Source: Candidatus Sericytochromatia bacterium
Lineage (GTDB): Bacteria; Cyanobacteriota; Sericytochromatia; S15B-MN24; UBA4093
Direction: 5' to 3'
Length of the DNA stretch: 64,000 nucleotides
NCBI GenBank assembly: GCA_036676495.1
Contig: JAKFCT010000027.1
Span: 1 to 64,000 of the forward strand
Positions within the stretch are counted from its first letter, which is position 1. Each line of letters starts with the position of its first letter. The translations under genes and the position numbers were made by a program. The notes beneath the pieces are model-generated. The model did no database searches. It saw nothing but the letters and a program-made list of their open reading frames with translations, and was not told where the DNA came from. Shown here piece after piece: positions 10,182 to 17,753 of this stretch.

Positions 10182-11033
10182 CTAAGAGGATGAGAGGGCC
10201 AAGAGTTTTTCGGCGGGCGTATAGCCCGGGAAGACGTCCAGGAGGGCCTTCAGAGCCTCGACGTAAGCCTCGCTCCAGCCCAGCTTCCGCATCGCGAGGG
10301 CCTGGCCCATCCGGGCCTCGGGGATGTCGAAGCCCTTCCCGAGGGCCGACCGGTAGGCCCGCTCGGCCTCGCTGAAGAGCCCCTGGCTCAGGGAGATCCA
10401 ACCCAGGAGCGCGTAGGCCTCTCCGAATTCGGGGGCCCTTTCGAGCACCTGCTGGAGGTACTGGCCCGCCTGCGTGAGATCCCCGCGATGCGCCCGCTCG
10501 CGGGCTAGGTTGTAGGTGGCCACCAGTTCGCCCGGACAGAGGGCCAGGATCCGCTCGAAGCAGGCGATCGCCCCCTCCGGATCCCCCTGGACCGTCAGCA
10601 GGCAACCGAGGTTGCTCAGCGCCGGCAGGTACTCGGGATCCTTCTGAAGCAGCACCTGGTACTCCCGGATGGCCTCCGGCAGCCGGCCCGCCTGCGCGAG
10701 CGCGGTGGCCAGCTGGTAGCGCAGCTCCAGCCGCTCGGGCTCAAGGGCGATCGCCCTCTCCAGATAGGCTCCCACCTGCGCCGGCTGCCCGGAACGCTCC
10801 GCGGCCATCGCCGCCAGCACCCAGGGACGGGCCGACTCCGGGGCAATCCGCCCCGCCGCCTCGAACTCCGGGATCGCCTCGGCGAAGTTTCCCGCCAGCA
10901 CGTAGACATGGCCGATCAAGAGGCGGGGCTCCGCGTTACCTGGCGCCTGGTAAGCCGCCTTCCTGAAACAACGCACGGCCTCCTCGAAGTCTCCGGCGAT
11001 CAGTGCCCGGTTTCCCTCATCAATGGCCAGCAT
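10182..11033 (-). CDS. Tetratricopeptide repeat protein
   Basis: About 8 TPR-like units (A..P spacing, NLG/LG motifs); ATG at 11033 overlaps the kinase stop (TGATG). Confidence 0.85.
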   Translation of the reverse strand: MLAIDEGNRALIAGDFEEAVRCFRKAAYQAPGNAEPRLLIGHVYVLAGNFAEAIPEFEAAGRIAPESARPWVLAAMAAERSGQPAQVGAYLERAIALEPERLELRYQLATALAQAGRLPEAIREYQVLLQKDPEYLPALSNLGCLLTVQGDPEGAIACFERILALCPGELVATYNLARERAHRGDLTQAGQYLQQVLERAPEFGEAYALLGWISLSQGLFSEAERAYRSALGKGFDIPEARMGQALAMRKLGWSEAYVEALKALLDVFPGYTPAEKLLALSSS

Positions 11034-11989
11034 CAGCCCTCCTGCGCCGCGCGGAGGTCGGCAAGGAAATCGTCCCACCCCGGATACCCGGGATCCACTC
11101 CCAGGAGGCCCCCTTCTCCGCGCCGCAGGAAGAGCGCCCGCAAGAGCACCCGTCCCAGATCCGCCGACAGGAAGAGGCTCATGTCCTCCAGGCGCGGGAT
11201 ATGGCGCAGCGCCCGGGCGAAGCGCTCGCGGCCCAGGGCGCGCAGGCCAGCCATCCAGGCTTCGAAGACGGGGCTGACGGCCTGCACGGGGTACGGCGGG
11301 TCGTCCTGGATCAGCGCCACGCCGGTCATGGCCTCGATCAGCATCAGCGCGAAGGCGGGACGGTCATCCGGGGTCAGCAGGGGGTAGTAGCGCGGCGTGG
11401 TCACCCGCCCCTGCTCCGAGGGGATGCCCGAGGTCGGGTCGAGCAGAACGGCTCCCCCCTCGGGGGTGACGATCACGTTCTCGGGCTTGAGATCCCCGTG
11501 GAAGGGCAAGCGCCCGGACTTCTGCAGCCGCGAGAGGGTCTCGCCCAGGCGCATGAACCACTCGAACGGCGGAGGATCCCGGTCGTCCAGGCAGGCCCTC
11601 AGGGTCTTGCCGGGCACCTCCTCGAGCATGACGTACGTGCGATCGACCAGGGTCCCGGTGGAGATGACATGCGGCAGCGCGGAGTCCTTGCCGGCCTTGA
11701 GCACGGCGATCTCGGCCTGGAGGATCTGGTTGGGGGTGAGCCATGACGGGCCCACCACACCGGTCCGGAATTGCAGGGCGACGGCAAAGCCCACGTCCAT
11801 GGTGCCACCCGCCAAGGGGTCGACCGCCGAACCGCGCGCGAGCTTGATCAGGGCGCGATCGCCGTAGGGAGTCTCCAGGCGGTAGAGGGTGGCTTGCCCG
11901 CCGCTCGCAAAGGGCTCCGTGACCGTATAGCCGTCGAGGCGATCGCCGGGGTTGAGGCGGCCGGTCTGTCTCACCGCTTTACTCATCAT
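11033..11989 (-). CDS. Atypical Hanks-type Ser/Thr protein kinase
   Basis: FASGGQATLY Gly loop, ALIK, HGDLKPENV catalytic loop; DP in place of DFG. Confidence 0.75.
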   Translation of the reverse strand: MMSKAVRQTGRLNPGDRLDGYTVTEPFASGGQATLYRLETPYGDRALIKLARGSAVDPLAGGTMDVGFAVALQFRTGVVGPSWLTPNQILQAEIAVLKAGKDSALPHVISTGTLVDRTYVMLEEVPGKTLRACLDDRDPPPFEWFMRLGETLSRLQKSGRLPFHGDLKPENVIVTPEGGAVLLDPTSGIPSEQGRVTTPRYYPLLTPDDRPAFALMLIEAMTGVALIQDDPPYPVQAVSPVFEAWMAGLRALGRERFARALRHIPRLEDMSLFLSADLGRVLLRALFLRRGEGGLLGVDPGYPGWDDFLADLRAAQEG

Positions 11990-13679
11990 GGGTGGCCCCT
12001 CCCGGCGCGAGGTAGCAGGCTCGGATGGCCGGGTGATCCGCCGGCGGGAAGGCGTAGCCGGGGGGTGGAGGCAGCACGGAGAGGTCGATCAAGAGCGGTC
12101 CCCCTTCCGCGGGCATGACCTCGCACCAGACATGCCCGCTCATCACTCCCGGCAGCACCAGATCGCCCCGGACCAGGGCCGTGCGCAGACCCGCCTCGGT
12201 GGCCAAAACCGCGAACATCAGGGCGCGGGCGAGGTTGCTCCCCGCCCCCAGCATCCGCGGCACGTCTCCCAGCAATACGCCTTGATCGTCGCGAGGACCG
12301 ACGCCTCCGAACAGGGTGGCGGAAGCCGCTTCCCCCATGAACTGCCAGACGACTTCCGCGAGCCGGTGAATCCGCTCGAGCTCCGGGCGCTCTCCAATGG
12401 CCCGAGCGAACGCCAGGCCCGGAGCCAGCGCCATGTCCTTGCCGCGATGCACGACGAAAGCAGGCCGCCCGCCCGTGGGAGCCCCGTCCCAGTAGCCATC
12501 CACGATCCGCTCCTCCAGCCGGCCCCACTTCCGGAAGCGCGCCGCCTGGGCGAGTCCGTCCTCGGAGGCGAGCTCCGGCCCCACCGCGGAGGAGACCTCG
12601 TTGAGCAGGCGATCCCGGTTCCAGGCGAGCAGGTCCTGGGGGAGCACCGCCTTCTCTCCGACGTCGGGCCGTTCGAGGGCGACCTGATCGCCGGCCATGC
12701 CTCTCACCAGCCAGCCGTCGTCAAGCGAGCCGTTCGAGCGCTTCACCCGCAGCGGCAGGTCCTGAGGGATCAGCAAAGGGTTGTCCTGGAGCAACTCTTC
12801 GAGGGCGATCGCCTTCTCGAGGACGCCCTCGAGGGTCTCACGGCGGACGGGGACTTCCATGCCGTCCAGGTGGTCGGCGACCACCCAGCCGGACTCCCAC
12901 TCTCCCGTGGAGCGGCGCACCCTCACGGGGCTTCCCAGCGCGGGGCTCACCAGCGAGGTGGTGACGTCCTCGGCGTCGCTCATCACGAGGGTGGGGTTGG
13001 CGCCGAAGAACTGCTCGGGAGTGAGACCCTTCGTTCCAATGCCGGGTTTCGATACGATCAGCAGGCCGCGCTCGATGCTCTTGACCGCCCAGCCGGTATC
13101 CAGGGCTCCGCTGGAACGCGGAACCCGCACGGGGGTGCCGACGGGGACGAGCTCGGGATTGAGGGTCATGAGCTCGATCAGGTCGATGGCCTTGGTATAG
13201 GTCCCCCGCTGAAGGAGGCTGCGGCCGCGCGTCTCCATGCGGGCCAGCACCCAGTTCTCCTCGATGAAGCCGTTGGAGCGGCGCACGCGCACCGTGCTCC
13301 CGACCGGGGGCACGAGGCGTATCGCCGGGACGTCACCGGCGAGGGCGGTCTCGGCTTCGCCCGCCAGAACTCCCTTTCCGGACGCCTGAGCGGAACCCGT
13401 GCTCTCCGGCTCATGCGGGGCCTCGGAGGCGAGCGCCATCCGTCCCAGCACCCCGCCGAAGCTCTCCTGGGCATAAAGCCGGTAGGATTCCCCCAGGATC
13501 GATTGCGCCTCGCGCCAGAAGGCCTCCTCGTCCCGCATCATGCGGCCGGCCACGGCATCCCCGGCCCCCTGCGAGGCGAGAAGCGGCTCGCACGCGAGCG
13601 ATTCGTAGGTCAAGCCGCCCAGGGCCAAGGGGGCTGCTGGGAAGAGGGGGGATAGGGCGCGGGGATCCAGGGTCGACAT
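11979..13679 (-). CDS. Protein with four VRVxRSxG..GW repeats and a C-terminal EDR1/CTR1-like transglutaminase-fold domain
   Basis: Four repeats of about 55 aa; IVDGYWD, LAEVVWQFMG, RALMFAVLA..AGLRTALVRG, GHVWCEV and LLIDL motifs. Confidence 0.7.
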   Translation of the reverse strand: MSTLDPRALSPLFPAAPLALGGLTYESLACEPLLASQGAGDAVAGRMMRDEEAFWREAQSILGESYRLYAQESFGGVLGRMALASEAPHEPESTGSAQASGKGVLAGEAETALAGDVPAIRLVPPVGSTVRVRRSNGFIEENWVLARMETRGRSLLQRGTYTKAIDLIELMTLNPELVPVGTPVRVPRSSGALDTGWAVKSIERGLLIVSKPGIGTKGLTPEQFFGANPTLVMSDAEDVTTSLVSPALGSPVRVRRSTGEWESGWVVADHLDGMEVPVRRETLEGVLEKAIALEELLQDNPLLIPQDLPLRVKRSNGSLDDGWLVRGMAGDQVALERPDVGEKAVLPQDLLAWNRDRLLNEVSSAVGPELASEDGLAQAARFRKWGRLEERIVDGYWDGAPTGGRPAFVVHRGKDMALAPGLAFARAIGERPELERIHRLAEVVWQFMGEAASATLFGGVGPRDDQGVLLGDVPRMLGAGSNLARALMFAVLATEAGLRTALVRGDLVLPGVMSGHVWCEVMPAEGGPLLIDLSVLPPPPGYAFPPADHPAIRACYLAPGGATHDE

Positions 13680-13841
13680 GAGGCTCCTGACGGAAATGAC
13701 GCGGCGGACCCGAGCGCGTCCAAGCCGGCCCTTCGGAGGAGAACCGTTGGACGCTTTACTCTCTATACCGAAAAAGGGCCGGCTTGATTCACCTAATCTT
13801 CATTGTCGTGCCCCCCTGGATGGGAGGCACGACCGGAAGAA

Positions 13842-15362
13842 TCAGATCAGGGTCAGGGCGTGGCGCAGGCGCTTGAGGACCAGGTCCTTGCCCATCAGCT
13901 CGGCGGTCTCGTACATGCCGGGGCTGACCTTCGAGCCCGCGAGGGCCACGCGGGCCGGCTGGATGACGCCGCCGGCCTTCAGGCCCATCCGGGTCGCCAG
14001 GTCCTTGAAGATGCCTTCGATGCGGGCGGCCGTCCAGTCGGTCTCGGCCGAGAAGGCCTCGAGCAGGCCTTCCAGGATGGGGCGGTTCTCCGCCGTGAGG
14101 AACTTCTGGACCGACTCGGCATCGTAGTCGAGCGCGACGTCGAAGAAGAACTTGGCGTAGTCGGCCATCTCCTCGAGGGTCTTGGTGCGCTCCTTGGTGA
14201 GGTCGACCAGGGCGGCGAGCCAGGCGTCGGACTTGCCTTCCGCCGGCTTGCTGGTGTCCAGCCAGCCGCGCTTGACGAGGCGCGGGCGCAGGAGGGCGGC
14301 CAGCTCGAGCGAGGGCGTCTGCTTCATCCACTGGGAGTTGACCCAGTCGAGCTTGACATGGTCGAAGACGGCGGCGGTCTTGTTGATGGCCGGGATGTCG
14401 AAGAAGTCGATCAGCTCCTGGCGGGTGAAGATCTCCTGGTCCCCGTGGCCCCAGCCGAGGCGCGAGAGGTAGTTCACGAAGCCGTCGGAGAGGTAGCCGG
14501 CCTCCTCGTAGGCCATGACCGAGGTGGCGCCGTGGCGCTTGGAGAGGCGCGCGCGGTCGGCCCCCAGGATCATGGGGATATGGCCGAAGCGGGGCAGCGC
14601 GTAGCCGAGCGCCTGGTAGATCAGGATCTGCTTGGGGGTGTTGGAGATGTGGTCGTCCCCGCGCAGCACGTGCGAGATCCGCATGAGGGCGTCGTCGATC
14701 ACCACGGCGAAGTTGTAGGTGGGAACCCCGTCGGTCTTCATGATGACGAAGTCGTCGAGCTGGTCGTTGCGGAAGGTGATCGGGCCGTGGACCAGGTCGT
14801 CGAGCACGATCTCGCCGGTCTTGGGGACCTGGAAGCGGATGACGGGCTTGCGACCTTCGTCGAGGTACTTCTGGACGATGTCGGGCAGCAGGTTACGGCA
14901 GCGGCCGGGGTAGGAGAAGACTTCACCCTTCTCGGAAGCGGCCTGGCGCAGCTCGTCGAGCTCTTCCTTGCTGCAGAAGCACGGGTAGGCATGGCCCGAG
15001 TTGAGCAGTTGCTTGGAGGCTTCCTGATAGGTGTCGAGGCGCTGCATCTGGTAGTAGGGGCCGTAGGGGCCGCCGACCTCAGGGCCTTCGTCCCAGGTCA
15101 GGCCCAGCCAGCGCATGCCGTCGAGGATCGCCGTGACGGACTCCTCCGTGGAGCGGGCGACGTCGGTGTCTTCGATGCGAAGCACGAACGTTCCGCCCAG
15201 ATGGCGGGCATATAACCAGTTGAAGAGGGCAGTGCGCGCGCCGCCCACGTGCAGATAGCCGGTGGGGCTGGGCGCGAAGCGCAAGCGCACCGCGGGGTTG
15301 GTCACGCCGGCGGCGGCGGAGTTCTGCTCGGAAGGTTGGGGCTGGTTTCCGGTCACGGTCAT
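13842..15362 (-). CDS. gltX: Glutamate--tRNA ligase
   Basis: RFAPSPTGYLHVGGARTALFN, LRIEDTD, RGDDH and LSKR motifs. Confidence 0.97.
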   Translation of the reverse strand: MTVTGNQPQPSEQNSAAAGVTNPAVRLRFAPSPTGYLHVGGARTALFNWLYARHLGGTFVLRIEDTDVARSTEESVTAILDGMRWLGLTWDEGPEVGGPYGPYYQMQRLDTYQEASKQLLNSGHAYPCFCSKEELDELRQAASEKGEVFSYPGRCRNLLPDIVQKYLDEGRKPVIRFQVPKTGEIVLDDLVHGPITFRNDQLDDFVIMKTDGVPTYNFAVVIDDALMRISHVLRGDDHISNTPKQILIYQALGYALPRFGHIPMILGADRARLSKRHGATSVMAYEEAGYLSDGFVNYLSRLGWGHGDQEIFTRQELIDFFDIPAINKTAAVFDHVKLDWVNSQWMKQTPSLELAALLRPRLVKRGWLDTSKPAEGKSDAWLAALVDLTKERTKTLEEMADYAKFFFDVALDYDAESVQKFLTAENRPILEGLLEAFSAETDWTAARIEGIFKDLATRMGLKAGGVIQPARVALAGSKVSPGMYETAELMGKDLVLKRLRHALTLI

Positions 15363-15547
15363 GGGGTCTCCCTCGATGAAAGGCTTGGTTCAATCCCCAT
15401 TCTACCAAACCGGAGGGCCAGGATGCGCACGTGAAGGCGAAGAGACGCATGGGCGTTCCTGGCCTTCCCGCGAAAGAGGGGGACGAGGGTTGCCGTCGGG
15501 CTTTACTTTTTGTAACCTGTCGATGGTTGAGGATGGAGGAGGACTGC

Positions 15548-16231
15548 ATGAACACGCCGGCGAATGACATGTCCGCGAAATCACCGAAGAACATGAGCGC
15601 GCTGGATCACATGCCCGGAGCCGAGATCGTCTGTCCGGACGGCATCGCCGGCCAACTGGACATGCTCGGCGTCCGACCGCATTCCGACGAGATCACGCAC
15701 CTGATCGTGAGACGCGGATTCCTCTTCCAGCGCGACGTCCTGGTGCCCGCCGACTGGGTCGATCAGGTCTCGCCGGAGACCAACCAGATTCACCTGAAGG
15801 CGCGGGTTTCCCAGGTGGCCGCCATGCCCGAGTACCGCCGGGGACCTGACCTGGCGGGGATCGCATGGAACCTCGCCACCCTTCCGCTTCGCCTGCCCTT
15901 GCAGTTGCTGCTGCGGCGCTGGCAATCCGGGCGCATGGAGACCCAGGAGCGGATGATCCGGACCGCCCGCCGCCAGCGCGCGCAGGACGACCTGCGCATG
16001 CGCGAGATGGACCCCAAGGCCTTCGACAAGGCCGCGCGCAGCGGCGCCCACCTGATCAACCTGAACACGGCCAGCAAGGAAGAGCTCGAGGAGATCAACG
16101 GGATCGGGCCGAGCCTGGCCCAGGCGATCATCGAGATGCGGCCGATTTCTAGCCTGGATGAGGTGCTGAACGGACTTCCGACGATCTCGCCACAGACCTC
16201 CGAGCGATTGAGGAAGGTGACGACCCTGTAA
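15548..16231 (+). CDS. PRC-barrel domain fused to a ComEA-like helix-hairpin-helix domain
   Basis: GAEIVCPDG..G, THLIVRRGFLFQRDVLVP (PRC-barrel-like); INLNTASKEELEEINGIGPSLAQAII (HhH); GGAGGAGG RBS. Confidence 0.7.
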   Translation: MNTPANDMSAKSPKNMSALDHMPGAEIVCPDGIAGQLDMLGVRPHSDEITHLIVRRGFLFQRDVLVPADWVDQVSPETNQIHLKARVSQVAAMPEYRRGPDLAGIAWNLATLPLRLPLQLLLRRWQSGRMETQERMIRTARRQRAQDDLRMREMDPKAFDKAARSGAHLINLNTASKEELEEINGIGPSLAQAIIEMRPISSLDEVLNGLPTISPQTSERLRKVTTL

Positions 16232-16239
16232 GACCGTTT

Positions 16240-16345
16240 CTGGCCCCCCGCGTTCGCGGGGGTGACGAGTGGTTGCTCACCAGGGCGACGAGTGGTTGCT
16301 CACCGGGGCGACGCGGCCGTCATTCCCGCGCAGGCGGGAATCCAG
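16240..16345. repeat. Composite repeat: two family-A palindromes flanking two 23-bp tandem units
   Basis: CTGGCCCCCCGCGTTCGCGGGGGTGACG, then (AGTGGTTGCTCACCRGGGCGACG)x2, then CGTCATTCCCGCGCAGGCGGGAATCCAG. Confidence 0.8.
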
Positions 16346-16353
16346 GATGACGG

Positions 16354-16905
16354 CTAGGCGTCGTTCTCCGGCTTCAAGGAATCGAGGTGGCGCTCGATGG
16401 TTTCCTTGTCGACCTTGAAGTAGTCCTTGAACTTGGGGGAGGTCTTCAGGAGGTAGGACCGCCCCTGAGGCTCCTTGGCGATCAGCCCGTGCTCGATCAG
16501 CTCCTTGATGTGATCGTAGGCCGAGCTGCCGCGCAGCTCGATCAGCATCGTCTGGAGGATCGGCTGCTTCACGGCGATCAGCGACAGCGTGCGCAACGCG
16601 CCCTGCGAGAGCTCCATGGGCACCAGCCGCTCCACGACCTTGCCGTAGGAGGTCTTCACCGCGAGGATGTAGCCCGCGTCCGACTCGTCGATCTCGAGGG
16701 CGGTGTTGGGACGGGACTCGTAGTCCTCCATCAAGCGATCGAGAGCGATCTTCACCTTGCGCTTGCCCTCGCCGAGCATGTCGGCGAGTTCGTCGAGGCC
16801 GATCGGGTTGGCCGTCGCGAAGAGCGCGGCCTCCACGTAGGGCTTCAGATCTTCAGCGGTCAGCAGCGGAAGCTGGGCGTCTTTACGCCGCGCGGTCCTG
16901 GCCAT
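16354..16905 (-). CDS. scpB: SMC-Scp complex subunit ScpB
   Basis: VEAALFA, LSQGALRTLSLIAVKQPI, RGS.AYDH.KEL and T..F..YF motifs. Confidence 0.93.
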   Translation of the reverse strand: MARTARRKDAQLPLLTAEDLKPYVEAALFATANPIGLDELADMLGEGKRKVKIALDRLMEDYESRPNTALEIDESDAGYILAVKTSYGKVVERLVPMELSQGALRTLSLIAVKQPILQTMLIELRGSSAYDHIKELIEHGLIAKEPQGRSYLLKTSPKFKDYFKVDKETIERHLDSLKPENDA

Positions 16906-17701
16906 GGGCAATCAGATTCTCCGGGGTGATGGCGATGTCGCCGTGGTAGAGCTCGTCTTGGATCAGGTTGATCTTACCACGCGCGTCCAAGAACAAGAGC
17001 GCGAGGAAGGTCCCGCGCGGATCCGCGTGGTACTCGAACAGCTCCGACAAGGTGAGCGCGTTGCCTGCGGTCAGCCACTCGGTGAGCAGGACTTCCAGCC
17101 GTCCCACGTCCCCTTCCAGGTCCTCGCTGTGGACCAGCCGCTCCACCATCTGTTCGGTGGTCTCGGAAACCTGGCGATCGCGCCGCATGGCCCCGACCCG
17201 CTCCATGGCCCCCTCGCGCTCCAACTGCTCCAGGCGTTGCAGCTCGGCGATCAGCTCGACCAGGGTGGTGGGGCGCTTGCGGGGCTGCTTGGCGCTGGTG
17301 CGGCGGGCGATCGCCCGGTCCAGGATGTTCATCGCCGGCCGGATCACCATGTCGCCGTCATCATCCTCGCCGTAGTCGAGGTGATCGTCCTCGAAGCCGT
17401 TGGCGGCTTCCTCGTCGGCCTCATCGATGGCCTCGCTCTTGAGGCGCAGGAGGACGGCCGCGTAGAAGAGGGCCCGCCCCGAGAGGCGCAGGTCGGCCTC
17501 CTTGGTGACGTCCAGCGTCCGAAGGTACTTGTCGGTGACGTCGATGATGTCGATGTTCCAGGGATCGATCTGGCCGGCCTTGGCGAGATCGACGAGCACG
17601 TCGATGCCGCGATCGCCGGTCAGGGCCGCTTCCGGCACGTCTGCTCCCGGTGCGCCGGCGGCTTCACCCTGAATGGCCTCGGTGTTCGCTACCGCGTCCA
17701 T
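16883..17701 (-). CDS. scpA: Kleisin ScpA
   Basis: IDPWNIDIIDVTDKYL, AAVLLRLKS and FLALLFL...I.L.Q motifs; lies between smc and scpB. Confidence 0.92.
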   Translation of the reverse strand: MDAVANTEAIQGEAAGAPGADVPEAALTGDRGIDVLVDLAKAGQIDPWNIDIIDVTDKYLRTLDVTKEADLRLSGRALFYAAVLLRLKSEAIDEADEEAANGFEDDHLDYGEDDDGDMVIRPAMNILDRAIARRTSAKQPRKRPTTLVELIAELQRLEQLEREGAMERVGAMRRDRQVSETTEQMVERLVHSEDLEGDVGRLEVLLTEWLTAGNALTLSELFEYHADPRGTFLALLFLDARGKINLIQDELYHGDIAITPENLIAHGQDRAA

Positions 17702-17730
17702 GCTCCCCCTCTAATCCCGTTCCTCGTCAC

Positions 17731-17753
17731 GTCTCCCCATCCCGGGGGACAAA
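17731..17753 (-). repeat. Intercistronic hairpin, family C
   Basis: Minus strand reads TTTGTCCCCCGGGATGGGGAGAC directly after the smc stop; near-identical to 58794..58817. Confidence 0.65.

Noticed and set aside
16268-16313. 23-bp direct repeats as a mini CRISPR array
   Set aside because: The units are directly adjacent with no unique spacers, and there are no cas genes
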